A stretch of DNA of 64,000 nt from a virus. Below the pieces are notes generated by a model. It saw only the letters and a list, made by a program, of their open reading frames with translations. It ran no database searches and was not told the origin of the DNA. The stretch covers positions 1 to 64,000 of the IMG/VR virus record IMGVR_UViG_3300040801_000905, one strand, 5' to 3'. Shown here piece by piece: positions 45,210-54,900 of this stretch. Every line of letters starts with the position of its first letter. Position 1 is the first letter of the stretch. The position numbers were made by a program, and so were the translations under genes.

Positions 45210-45532
45210 GTGAGTTGGGAAACAAACGGCGAATGTTTTCAAAGATGCTGGTGCGCTTGTGTCTTGAGGCTGAACGTTTAGGTTATGAGTATTCGTTTGA
45301 GTATACAAAACGATGTGAGTCGTGCCCGATTGGGCACCCTCAAAGCACACATAACGTAGGCTTAGCCGCAGACCTCAACCTGTACAAGCGTAATTCAGAT
45401 GGAGAATTGGTGTATATTAGGACGGGGGAAGGGCACGATCAACTGCATGATTACTGGGATCATATTGGGGGAGCAGAACGCATCGAGAACGATGCGAACC
45501 ATTACTCTTTAGAATGGCAAGGAGTCAGGTAA
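45206..45532 (+). CDS. endolysin, M15-family zinc peptidase (VanY/L-Ala-D-Glu peptidase type)
   Basis: 'STHNVGLAADL' (H-x6-D) and 'DANHYSLEW' (distal His). Start placed at the ATG at 45206, which overlaps the upstream stop. Confidence 0.8.
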   Translation: MSELGNKRRMFSKMLVRLCLEAERLGYEYSFEYTKRCESCPIGHPQSTHNVGLAADLNLYKRNSDGELVYIRTGEGHDQLHDYWDHIGGAERIENDANHYSLEWQGVR

Positions 45533-45948
45533 TGGCAAAGTTCCTTCAGGTTTGTGATTTCGATATTTTCAATGACGAAACAGGGGAGTGGGCACCAGAA
45601 GACAACTGGTGGACCAAGGGCGACTGTGTTTACCAAAGTGATCTTCTTGGGGAAGACGGAAAGCCCTTAGTAATCACGGTTCCATCAGGTTTTATGACAG
45701 ACCTTGCCAGCATCCCCAAATTTCCACCTGCACTTAGAACGCTGTTTATCAGAAACGGAAACCACCGCATTGCAGCTGTGGTTCATGATTATCTTTGTCG
45801 CACAAAACTGGTAAAACGCACCGTAGCAGACAAAGTTTTTCTGGAAGCAATGAAGCTCGTTGGGATTAATAGAGTAAGGCGCAGGCTGATGTATTGGGGA
45901 GTGTCTGTTCTGACGCTTTTCATGCGATTGAAAGGAGACGCACAATGA
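45532..45948 (+). CDS. DUF1353-family protein
   Basis: 'VPSGFMTDLASIPKF...AAVVHDYLC' matches the DUF1353 signature. TAATG start with an AAGGAG RBS. Confidence 0.65.
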   Translation: MAKFLQVCDFDIFNDETGEWAPEDNWWTKGDCVYQSDLLGEDGKPLVITVPSGFMTDLASIPKFPPALRTLFIRNGNHRIAAVVHDYLCRTKLVKRTVADKVFLEAMKLVGINRVRRRLMYWGVSVLTLFMRLKGDAQ

Positions 45949-46256
45949 TGGTTCAACGAAATGAAGCGTTGAGGTACACCATATTGGTACTGCTAGCGCT
46001 TTTATGGATTGTTTTGGTAACGGTTTTGTCTGGGTGTGCTACATACGAAGTTTCACGTTGTGATGAAAACGGTATTTGCAGCACGGCAAATATTGTATCG
46101 CCACGTAAATTTAAAAGTATTGCCTTTAGTTACAATGGAGAAAAAAGGACATTTGAGCTTCAGGCAGGTGATGTAGGCACCGATGTCACAGCAATATCCA
46201 CATTGGCCAATGTTATACTCATGCAAGCGGAACAAAATCAAGGAGATGACCAATGA
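45945..46256 (+). CDS. lipoprotein (o-spanin-like or exclusion candidate)
   Basis: Signal peptide with lipobox 'LVTVLSGC'. ATGA start. 103 aa. Confidence 0.6.
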   Translation: MMVQRNEALRYTILVLLALLWIVLVTVLSGCATYEVSRCDENGICSTANIVSPRKFKSIAFSYNGEKRTFELQAGDVGTDVTAISTLANVILMQAEQNQGDDQ

Positions 46257-47176
46257 GCGGCTTGGTCAGGGGCATTAAAAAAGTATTCAAAAAAATAACA
46301 AATTTCGTAAAAAAATATTGGAAGTACATCGTAATTGCGGTGGCTGTTTATTTCACGGCAGGTGTTGCCCTTAGCTATTTCGGAGGTACTGCTAGCTTTG
46401 CTAGTGCTATGCCGGGATTTGGCACAGGGGGGTTGTTCAGCAAAGCCGCTGTAGCAATGGGGTTCCAAGGGTCAGCGGGTGTTGCGTCTGGGCTATCCAT
46501 GACATCAGGCGCATGGGCTGGGGCTGCTGGTGCAGCATACGGCTCTACGTTGACGGCAGCTGAAATAGCAGCAGCTCAGACTGGACTTGGGGTTGGAACG
46601 GCAGGGGTTGGAAGCACAACCGCGTCTGTTGCAGGTGGAGCTGGAACAGCACAGCCTGTAGTTGGTGTGGCAGGAACAGACATTGGTATTGGTGCTGGCT
46701 CTGGCGCATCTGCTGGCACAGCTAATATGTCAACAGCGCTGGGTACGGCGGGGGGTAAAGCAGCCGCAACTACTGGTGCAACTACTGGTGCAATGTCAGC
46801 AACTGATGCGGCCATGAAAGCCATGTCAGGGGCGATGAAAATGCAGGCCGCATCCACGTTGTTACAGACAGCCGGAGGTTTGCTGGCAGACGATCCATAT
46901 AAAGAGCAACACAAGCTTCAGTGGGGGCAGGCATTTGGCGTAGACCGCAGCGGCAACCGTCAATTTGGATGGTCAACAGGAGAGTCACCCGCGGCAGGGC
47001 CAAACCAAGCTAGCCCTTATGCTCAGCAGCCTGCGTACAGCACGCAAGGCAGTGGTGGCAGCATGTTTGCAGCACAAGGTGGCGGGCAAGAGTTTATTGC
47101 TTCACCTCAACAGGCCGCAGCTCAAGCTGCTCCACAGGGCGATTTCATAGTCCAGCCAAAACCAGCGGGAGGCTAA
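46253..47176 (+). CDS. Gly/Ala-rich membrane-anchored internal virion-like protein
   Basis: N-terminal TM helix 'YIVIAVAVYFTAGVALSYFGG' followed by about 250 aa of low-complexity G/A/T/S sequence. Confidence 0.6.
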   Translation: MSGLVRGIKKVFKKITNFVKKYWKYIVIAVAVYFTAGVALSYFGGTASFASAMPGFGTGGLFSKAAVAMGFQGSAGVASGLSMTSGAWAGAAGAAYGSTLTAAEIAAAQTGLGVGTAGVGSTTASVAGGAGTAQPVVGVAGTDIGIGAGSGASAGTANMSTALGTAGGKAAATTGATTGAMSATDAAMKAMSGAMKMQAASTLLQTAGGLLADDPYKEQHKLQWGQAFGVDRSGNRQFGWSTGESPAAGPNQASPYAQQPAYSTQGSGGSMFAAQGGGQEFIASPQQAAAQAAPQGDFIVQPKPAGG

Positions 47177-47177
47177 C

Positions 47178-47942
47178 ATGGCTGAGTTTATTCAACAGGC
47201 CGCAGCTCAAGAGGCACAAACACAGGGATCACCAACGGATTTCTTGTCTCCACAGCAGCAGAACCAAATGGCCGATCAAGCCGCTGCATCAGTAGCGCCT
47301 GAACAACAGCCGCCAGCAGGAATGCCGTCAGGTGCGGGGCTTGGTGCTACACAAGAAAACCCCGTTACAGCACCCGAAGAAGAAGCAAGCCCAGAAGAGC
47401 AAAAGCAGTACGATGATCTCTTTATGCGGGCAATGGCTCTCATTAATGACACAAGGGCAAAGGGTCAAGAGCCGTCACCAGCTGATGCGTTGATCGCATT
47501 GATGTCTGAAAAAGGGAAAGCGGCCCATGAGTCGATTGGCAAAGCCGCTGGCATGGTAATGCAAATCCTTATAGATATGTCAAAGCGCAACGGGGTGGAA
47601 TATTCCGGCCCTGTATTGCAAGAAGTGGCTTTAGACTGTTGTGAAGAGTTGGCTGAAATTGCAAAGCTGTCTGGTGCTATTTCAAACATGCCAGAACAGG
47701 ACAGTCCAGAGTGGGCAAAGCTAATGGAGCTAACGGCACTGGAGGCTGCAAAGCACATCGGAGAATGGATGCTGCAAACAGGGCAGGCAGATCGACAAGG
47801 GCATATGCAAGAAATACAGCAGCAAATGAAACGTGAAGCAGACGCTGGTGAGCTGGAAGATTGGGGCATGGAAGAACTTGATCCGCAAATCAGGCAGCGA
47901 GTGGCTGGAGCAATTCAAGACGGCCAGACAGGAGGCAGATAA
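47178..47942 (+). CDS. acidic internal virion-like protein
   Basis: 254 aa, acidic and helical. Coupled to both neighbours. Confidence 0.55.
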   Translation: MAEFIQQAAAQEAQTQGSPTDFLSPQQQNQMADQAAASVAPEQQPPAGMPSGAGLGATQENPVTAPEEEASPEEQKQYDDLFMRAMALINDTRAKGQEPSPADALIALMSEKGKAAHESIGKAAGMVMQILIDMSKRNGVEYSGPVLQEVALDCCEELAEIAKLSGAISNMPEQDSPEWAKLMELTALEAAKHIGEWMLQTGQADRQGHMQEIQQQMKREADAGELEDWGMEELDPQIRQRVAGAIQDGQTGGR

Positions 47943-48937
47943 TGGGACTCAATTGGTCAGAAGGACTCAAAGCCGCAGGGAAAGGGCTAGGCCAAATGGC
48001 TGGCATGAAAATGCAGGAAGCCGATTGGAAATACAAAGAGATGGCCCAGCAGAACAGGCAGCGTTTTCAAGCTCAAGAAGCTGAAACGCAGCGCGAATTT
48101 CTGAGTGCAGAGAACAAAACCAAGAGAGATTGGGAAACTCCATTTAAGGAAGAAGGATTAGATATTCAGCGCGAAGGTCAAGCGTTGAGACTTGAAGAGT
48201 TGAAACTGCAAGGTTTGCGTTATGAAACATCAGAGCGTCAAACAGATGAGCGGATTGATATTGAGCGCACACGTGCTGAAACAGCTCAGCAGGCACAAGT
48301 TGCGCGTAATGCCGATCAGCGCATGAAAGAATATGAAAGTGACATGAAGCTGTTGCAAGAACGCATTGATGTTTTGCAAGAAAAAACCAGTGGCATTTTG
48401 GTAGACAAAGAAGACCCTGCTTATCAAAAAGATGTGACTGAGCTTCAACAGTTACAAGTGGAACGAGATTCCATTACACAGCAGTACAAATGGGATACTG
48501 ATGTAGTGAAGCTTGGAGCGGAAAAAGAAGCTGCCTACGATGAGGCTAGAGCATTCCTTGGTGAAAGAAGTGAAAAAGCTCATGACCTTAGTATGAAATG
48601 GGCCAAGATGACGGAAGAGCAAAAAGCCAAAGTGCCAGAGCTAGGGGAAGAGCTTCTAAAGACACACCCGAACCCTAATAGCCCAGCGGCAAAAAAGCAG
48701 GCATATGGTGCAGCCATTGACCAAGTATACGGTGGTAGCAGCAAGCTCACGAACCCACAGTCAAAATCTAATCAGGTTAAACCGATAGAAGAAGCCGCGG
48801 TTGAAAAGAAAAAAATGCCAGAAGTTAGTGAACGAGGAAAGGCGGCATTTAATGCATTTCAGAACTATAAAGCACCAGAGAAAGAGCCAGACCAGTTAGC
48901 GCAGCGTGAGTTTATTTCTGAAAGTATGCGCGGATAA
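47942..48937 (+). CDS. coiled-coil internal virion-like protein
   Basis: 331 aa, E/K/Q-rich. TAATG start. Confidence 0.55.
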   Translation: MGLNWSEGLKAAGKGLGQMAGMKMQEADWKYKEMAQQNRQRFQAQEAETQREFLSAENKTKRDWETPFKEEGLDIQREGQALRLEELKLQGLRYETSERQTDERIDIERTRAETAQQAQVARNADQRMKEYESDMKLLQERIDVLQEKTSGILVDKEDPAYQKDVTELQQLQVERDSITQQYKWDTDVVKLGAEKEAAYDEARAFLGERSEKAHDLSMKWAKMTEEQKAKVPELGEELLKTHPNPNSPAAKKQAYGAAIDQVYGGSSKLTNPQSKSNQVKPIEEAAVEKKKMPEVSERGKAAFNAFQNYKAPEKEPDQLAQREFISESMRG

Positions 48938-48977
48938 ACATTAACCTATTAAAGCCCATGAGGGGCTGGGAAAGGGA

Positions 48978-51900
48978 ATGTCAAAAGTAAATTGGGACGA
49001 TTATTCGTCTATTGGTAAGCCGGAAGATGAAGTGGAAGTATCTTCCGCAACAGCAACCCCTGAAGCCACAGATTCTGTTGGTATCAACTGGGAAGATTAC
49101 GCGGATATTGGCAACTCAGTCGGCTTGCCAATTGAAGCCACACCTGAAGCAGAAGTAACTCAACCGGAACAGCCCCCTGTAGAAGATGAGTATGGTGTTG
49201 GAGACTTTGCATCTGACACCGGATCGGCATTTGGTTTAGGTGCAGGAGCCTTAGCAAAAGGGGCTGGAAAGTTATTTGACTGGGTTGGTATGGACGATGC
49301 TGGAGAGGCGTTAAAAAGCATCGGCCAAAGTGCAGTTGAGTATTATTACAAAGGCTTATCAGATGAAGCAAAAGCCGAGATGGACAAAGAGTTTGTCACG
49401 GTCAAAGAGGGGGGGAAATGGTACAACCCATTAGATTGGCAGCGCCCTGAAGACGCTGCTGGTATTTTTGCTGCGTATTTGATGGGTGTTGAGTCCTTAC
49501 CTGCCACCGTAGTTGGAATGGGCGTTGGCGGTAAAATTGGCCAAGGCTTGTATTCTGTTGCCAGCAGAACAGGCACCATGAAAGCACTTCAGGTTGTGGC
49601 TGACAAAGGTGCACGGGCAGCAGCATCTGGGGCCAGCGCAACAAACAAACTAGTTCGCGCAGGAAAGCGTGCTGAAAAAATACAAAAGCTGGCTGGTGGA
49701 GCTGCTGGCGCTACTGGCTATGGCATAGGTGAAGCCCTTCCTGCTGCTGGCATGGCTGGTGTTCAAGTTGAAGAACAAATCATGGCTATGGACCATGATG
49801 ATCTGTACAAAAACTCATCTCATTATCGTGAATATTTTGATGCCACATCGGGCTTAGATATGTCGATGGATGAGCGCATCAATGACGCTAAGCAAAACAT
49901 TGCAGACATAGCTTCATCTGAAGCTGGCTTAGAAGCGGGCATATGGACTGGCATTCTTGGTGCTCCGATGGGTGTGGCATCAGCTCCGCTATTCAATAAG
50001 GCAGTGCCGTGGGCATTTAAGGGAGGTAAGGTTCGTGGGGCGCTTACAGAAGGCGCAGGCGAAGCTATGCAGGAGTTCGCTCAGTCTGGAACAGAGCAAT
50101 ATGTTTCAAATGTTGCTATTAAAGAATATGCAGACGAAACACTGGATGTTACACGAGACGTAGTAAACGCAGCAGTTGGTGGCGCTGTATCTGGTTTTGG
50201 AATGGGCGCAGCATTTGGTGCAGCTGGCACTCCGTCTAAAGGTGAAAATCAAGACGGCGTTCAGCCTGATCCAAAGCTTTTGGCTGATGCTGAAAAAATG
50301 AACGTGTTTGCTCAGCGTGCCGTTGCAGGACTAGTGGAAACTCATGGACGTTCTTTGGAAGAAGCCATGGAACTGGTTCAGCCAGTTATTGACCAATGGG
50401 CACAATCACAAAAAATTCTTCCTGCCATAACTGATTTGCGTTTTATAGAAAAGTATGGGAAAGAGCGGCAGGTTGGAGTAGAAGAAGAGGTTGTTGATGC
50501 ACCAGAAGAACGCACAGAAGAGGGGGGGCAGGAAACAGAACGTGCCGCACAAGAACCCTCAAGAGAGGGTGGGTCCACCGAAGAACCTGCCACCGAAGAA
50601 CCTACCGCAGAAGAGCCTGCCGCAGAAGAACCTGTTGCAGAAGAGCCTGTTGCAGAAGAAAGAGCAGAAGCGCCAGATGTTGGTGTGGCTAGGAGTGTCG
50701 TTGAGACAGCAAAGGAAGAGTTTAAAAAGGCTGATGAGGCTTGGCAGGACAACCTGACTCCAGAAAATGAGCAAAAAATGCTGGAGGCTAGTGCTGCTAG
50801 GTATGAGGCTGAGGCAGAGCTGGATCGTGCAGAGACAATAAGGCGAACTACAAATCCTCCAGATGTTATTGACCTCAAAACAAATGAGTGGGTAACTCCG
50901 AAGGCGGGCACTGTTGATGAGGGTGAGGCTAAGTACCAAGAGCGTGTCAATAAGATGGGCGACAATCACCCGTCAGCCAGAGCTGCAAGAATACGTAAGT
51001 CACTAAAGGATCAGCCGCCTGTTTCACGTGAAACATCTGGCGAAACAACCACTGAAGACGCTGGCATAGACAAAGAAAATATAGAGTCACAACCGCCAGC
51101 AAATGATGCGCGTTATTCGCTCAGACAGAGGCTGAATGAATATGAAAAACGCACCGAAAGCAACGTTACAAAGTTTGTTAGGCGCGGTAAGAAAGAGCTA
51201 ACAAAAGAAGATGCTCAGGGTTGGGCTAACGAAGCTGTCCGGTTAGTTAATGACTGGTATAAAAACCCCATTCCAGAAGAGGCTTGGGAGCTAGACGAAA
51301 AAGGGATGCCAACAAAAATGGTATCTCTTCCAGAAGAAGCGGCTCCAGCTTATGCTGAATTGTTCATCACTAATGAAAAAGTGACAAAAGAACAAATACA
51401 ACAGTGGGCTAAAAACAGAACATTTAAAAAAGGAAGTACGCTTGAAATTGGACGGCAGTTAGCAAAGGCTGCTGCCAAAAATGATATGCAGGCTGTGGCA
51501 GATATTATTCAAAATCTGCCTATACAAGAAAAAAAATCACAAATAAAAGATTTCAATGCTGAATTTTTGCGGGCTTTAGCTATTAAGGCAGACGCCCCAA
51601 GCGAGGTAATCAGAAGCAAGCCTGAAACAATTGAATACCTATTGCGATATAAAGCTGGCTCACAGCTTCCGTTATTTTCGCTTAAAGAGGGTGAGGCTGG
51701 GCCATGGGTAACGGCGTCTAATGGAGAAGGTGATTTATACATTACGCGCCATGGTGCCCGCGCAGGAACGCCGCATAAAACACGACAGTCTTCCAACGAT
51801 TTAGTCTTACGTATTGATGAAGCGCAGCTCAACAAAGATTACACATATTATCTTCTTCAATATTTGCAAAAGAAAATTGCAAGTAGGGCGCGTGGCACGG

Positions 51901-54900
51901 CGCAGCAAGCCATTAGAGCTGGGGATGTTGATAGCGTTTTGACGGAATACTTTGCGAGTCAAAGCCCGCGGTATTCAATTAAAGAGCTAGCGCGAAGAGT
52001 AAAAGCATCTGAGCGCATGGTGGAGTACAACAAGGAAAGAGCAGAAAAAAATGGCCACCTTGTTAAAACACTTATGCGAACAGACTGGAGCGCTGTTGAA
52101 GCAGCAGTAGATGCTGCTACAGCAGGGGCTGTAAGTGCAAATGAAGTACAGGATGCCATCATTGAGTGGATGATGTATGGCACCAACAGCAAATATTTTA
52201 AGCGATGGTTTGGTAAATCAAAAACCACGGATTACTGGGGTGAACCTATACGGTTTTTTCACGGGACTGGATTTGACATTACGGAGTTCTCGCCCAGCCG
52301 TGGGTTTGTTTCATTAACTACTGATCCAGACTTTGCCTCAAAGTTTGCTGATGAGTTTAGGTTGGAGGCCAATCGTCCAACCGTATACCCATTGTATGTT
52401 GCTGCGGAAAAAATATTTGATTACCGCAACAGAAAAATGAGAAGAAGCTTGGTGCGTTACTTGAAGGGGATCAACGCCAAAGATTACGGGTCGTTGATTC
52501 AAGAAGTAAAAGCAGGCAAGTGGACCGCTTTGGAGTCTGCTCCCGTTCAAAAGTTTTTAACTGAGCGAAGCTACGATGCTTTTTGGATGATGGAAGGCGG
52601 GAGCATGAACATTGGTGTTTTTGATCCGCGTAACATCAAGTCCGCAGTAGGCAATGTTGGTACGTTCAGCAGGCAAACAACACATCTGTCTTATGCGCTT
52701 AAAGCGCCGGGGACAGACGATGTTTTTTATTCCACAATTGAGCGATGGGTTGCAGAAAAAATGCCCCCCAGAATGCCTAAAGCAGATTTTGCAGCGGCAT
52801 TTACTACGCCAAAGGCACTGGAAAAAAAGGGTGTAAAGAAAGAAGAAGTGGCCGATATGGGGGTGATGGAATGGGTCAAGAGTTTAGAAGGAGATATTGT
52901 CACAAAAGAACAGGCTCTTGAGTTTGCACGTAAAGCACGTGTTGAATTACGTGAAATAGAAATAAGACCAGATGCACTAGCTATTGATAGATCAACGTTT
53001 GATGAAGCGTCCGCTGTTCAGCAAATTGAAAATATTTACCAGTTTGCACGTGATTTACTTATAGACACACAAGCGGACCCACTGGTTATCGACTCAGTTA
53101 TTGATCGGTTGAAGGAAGAAGGTGTTCGTGCATTAGACGATGTGTTGCCAGCATCACAGGTAGCCAAAATCAGCAAAAAACTGGATCAGGCACGACTGGA
53201 TTTGTGGCAAGCAGAATATTTTGCTGCTCAGCAGAACAGCAACAAAGACCGAATCAAGGTTGGTGATACAACGTATGAAGACTGGACCCTGATTAAAGGG
53301 GCGCGGCCAACATATCGTGAGTTTTTGATGATGATTCCATCATCAGAACAGCGGCCAGAATATAAAACGCGCCACTGGAAAGACACTAATGTTTTGATTC
53401 ATATGCGCCTGCATGGTCAATATGATTCAGATACAGGTAAAACGACATTAATTATCGAAGAAATCCAGTCGGACCTTCATCAGCATGGATATCGTTATGG
53501 GTATACACCGTCTGATTTATCTCAACAGGATTACGATGAAATAAATGAGGCAACTGGCAAGGTGCCAAAAGCACCATTGCAAGAAGCATGGAAGATGGTG
53601 GGCTTAAAGCGCATGATCCGATACGCTGTTGAAAACGGATATGACTCAGTTTCATGGACAACGGGGCAGCACCACCAAGAGCGATACACCTTAAAAGGGA
53701 GCGGCGTAGAGCGCGTTGAACTGGAAACGCGTGAAGCTGGAGACCATACACAGTATCGGGTGGCTTTGTTTGGGGCAACTGATCAGCTGTATGCACCACA
53801 ACCGTGGGTGCGTAAGCATCGTTTGGGTGATTTTATCACCGAAGAGCTGATTGATAAGCTGTTCGCAAAAATAGAAAGCGGTGGGGCAGCAGAGCTATCT
53901 GGCGAAGAGTTGTGGTGGGATGCCAAGGGCATGAAGTGGTTTTATGATAGCGCCCTAAAAAAACAAGCCGCAAAGTACATTAAGAAATGGGGTAGCAAAG
54001 TAGAGCTGCGTCCTGTCGCCATAGTTAATGCAGCAAACGATCAGGTCACAGAAAACTTGTGGACCTTCGACATTACAGAACAAATGCGTGAGTCTGTAAT
54101 GCAAGGCCAGCCAATGTATAGCTTGGCACCAAATGTGGCAGCTGAAATTAGTCGCCGCATAGAGATGGCGCAGCTACGAGCATATATAGATAAACACATT
54201 CATGCAGACACTAAGCCACGCGCAGCTCTTGCGCGGTTAAACGAGGGTGTCGTTCAAGGGTTGTATAGCGAAGAAATATTGCGTCATTCGGGCGCTGTCA
54301 TGCATGTAAAAGACAGGGTAAAAATGCTGATGGAGGTCAGCGAACGGATGCTCGGAACCCCTATCACTACACGCACATCGTTATCTAAAAGGGTAGTAGA
54401 GCAGGAAATTAATCGCATCAAGCGGGAGTGGGAAAATCCTCCGCAAGTATACGTGTGGGATGATTGGACTGGCCTTCCGCATCACATCAAAATGCATGTC
54501 GCAAGCAGGGGCTATCAAGACCGCGTTGAGGGAGTAGTAGACCCACAGGACGGGTCTGTACATATTGTCGCTGAAAACATCGGAACAATGTCCAGATTGC
54601 ATGAAGTGTTTGTTGAAGAAACACTTGGTCATCATGGCTTGCGTTCGTTTTTTGGTGAAAGCCTTATACCTTTTCTTGATGAAGTTATTCCAGTGATGCG
54701 TGACTCAGAAGGCTGGGTTCGTTTGCATACAGAGTATGAGCATCTGCAACCCGCTAATAAAGAGCAGCGCGTTAAACAATTAATGTCAGCGTATGGTTTT
54801 ACCAAGCAAGAGGCAGAGACAGAGTTTGCGGTTGAAGAGCGCACCAAGGAATGGGTAACTGCTGAAGAACTGCTGGCCAAGATGGATGTTGAGCAGGGAA

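Noticed and set aside
53430-53460. Walker A/P-loop in 'DSDTGKTTL'
   Set aside because: It does not fit GxxxxGK[ST], because no Gly lies five residues upstream, and no Walker B follows.
54590-54640. Zincin metallopeptidase motif in 'LHEVFVEETLGHHGL'
   Set aside because: There is no true HExxH. The position that should be His is Glu (EETLGH) and 'HEVFV' lacks the second His. At best this is a degenerate or inactive site.
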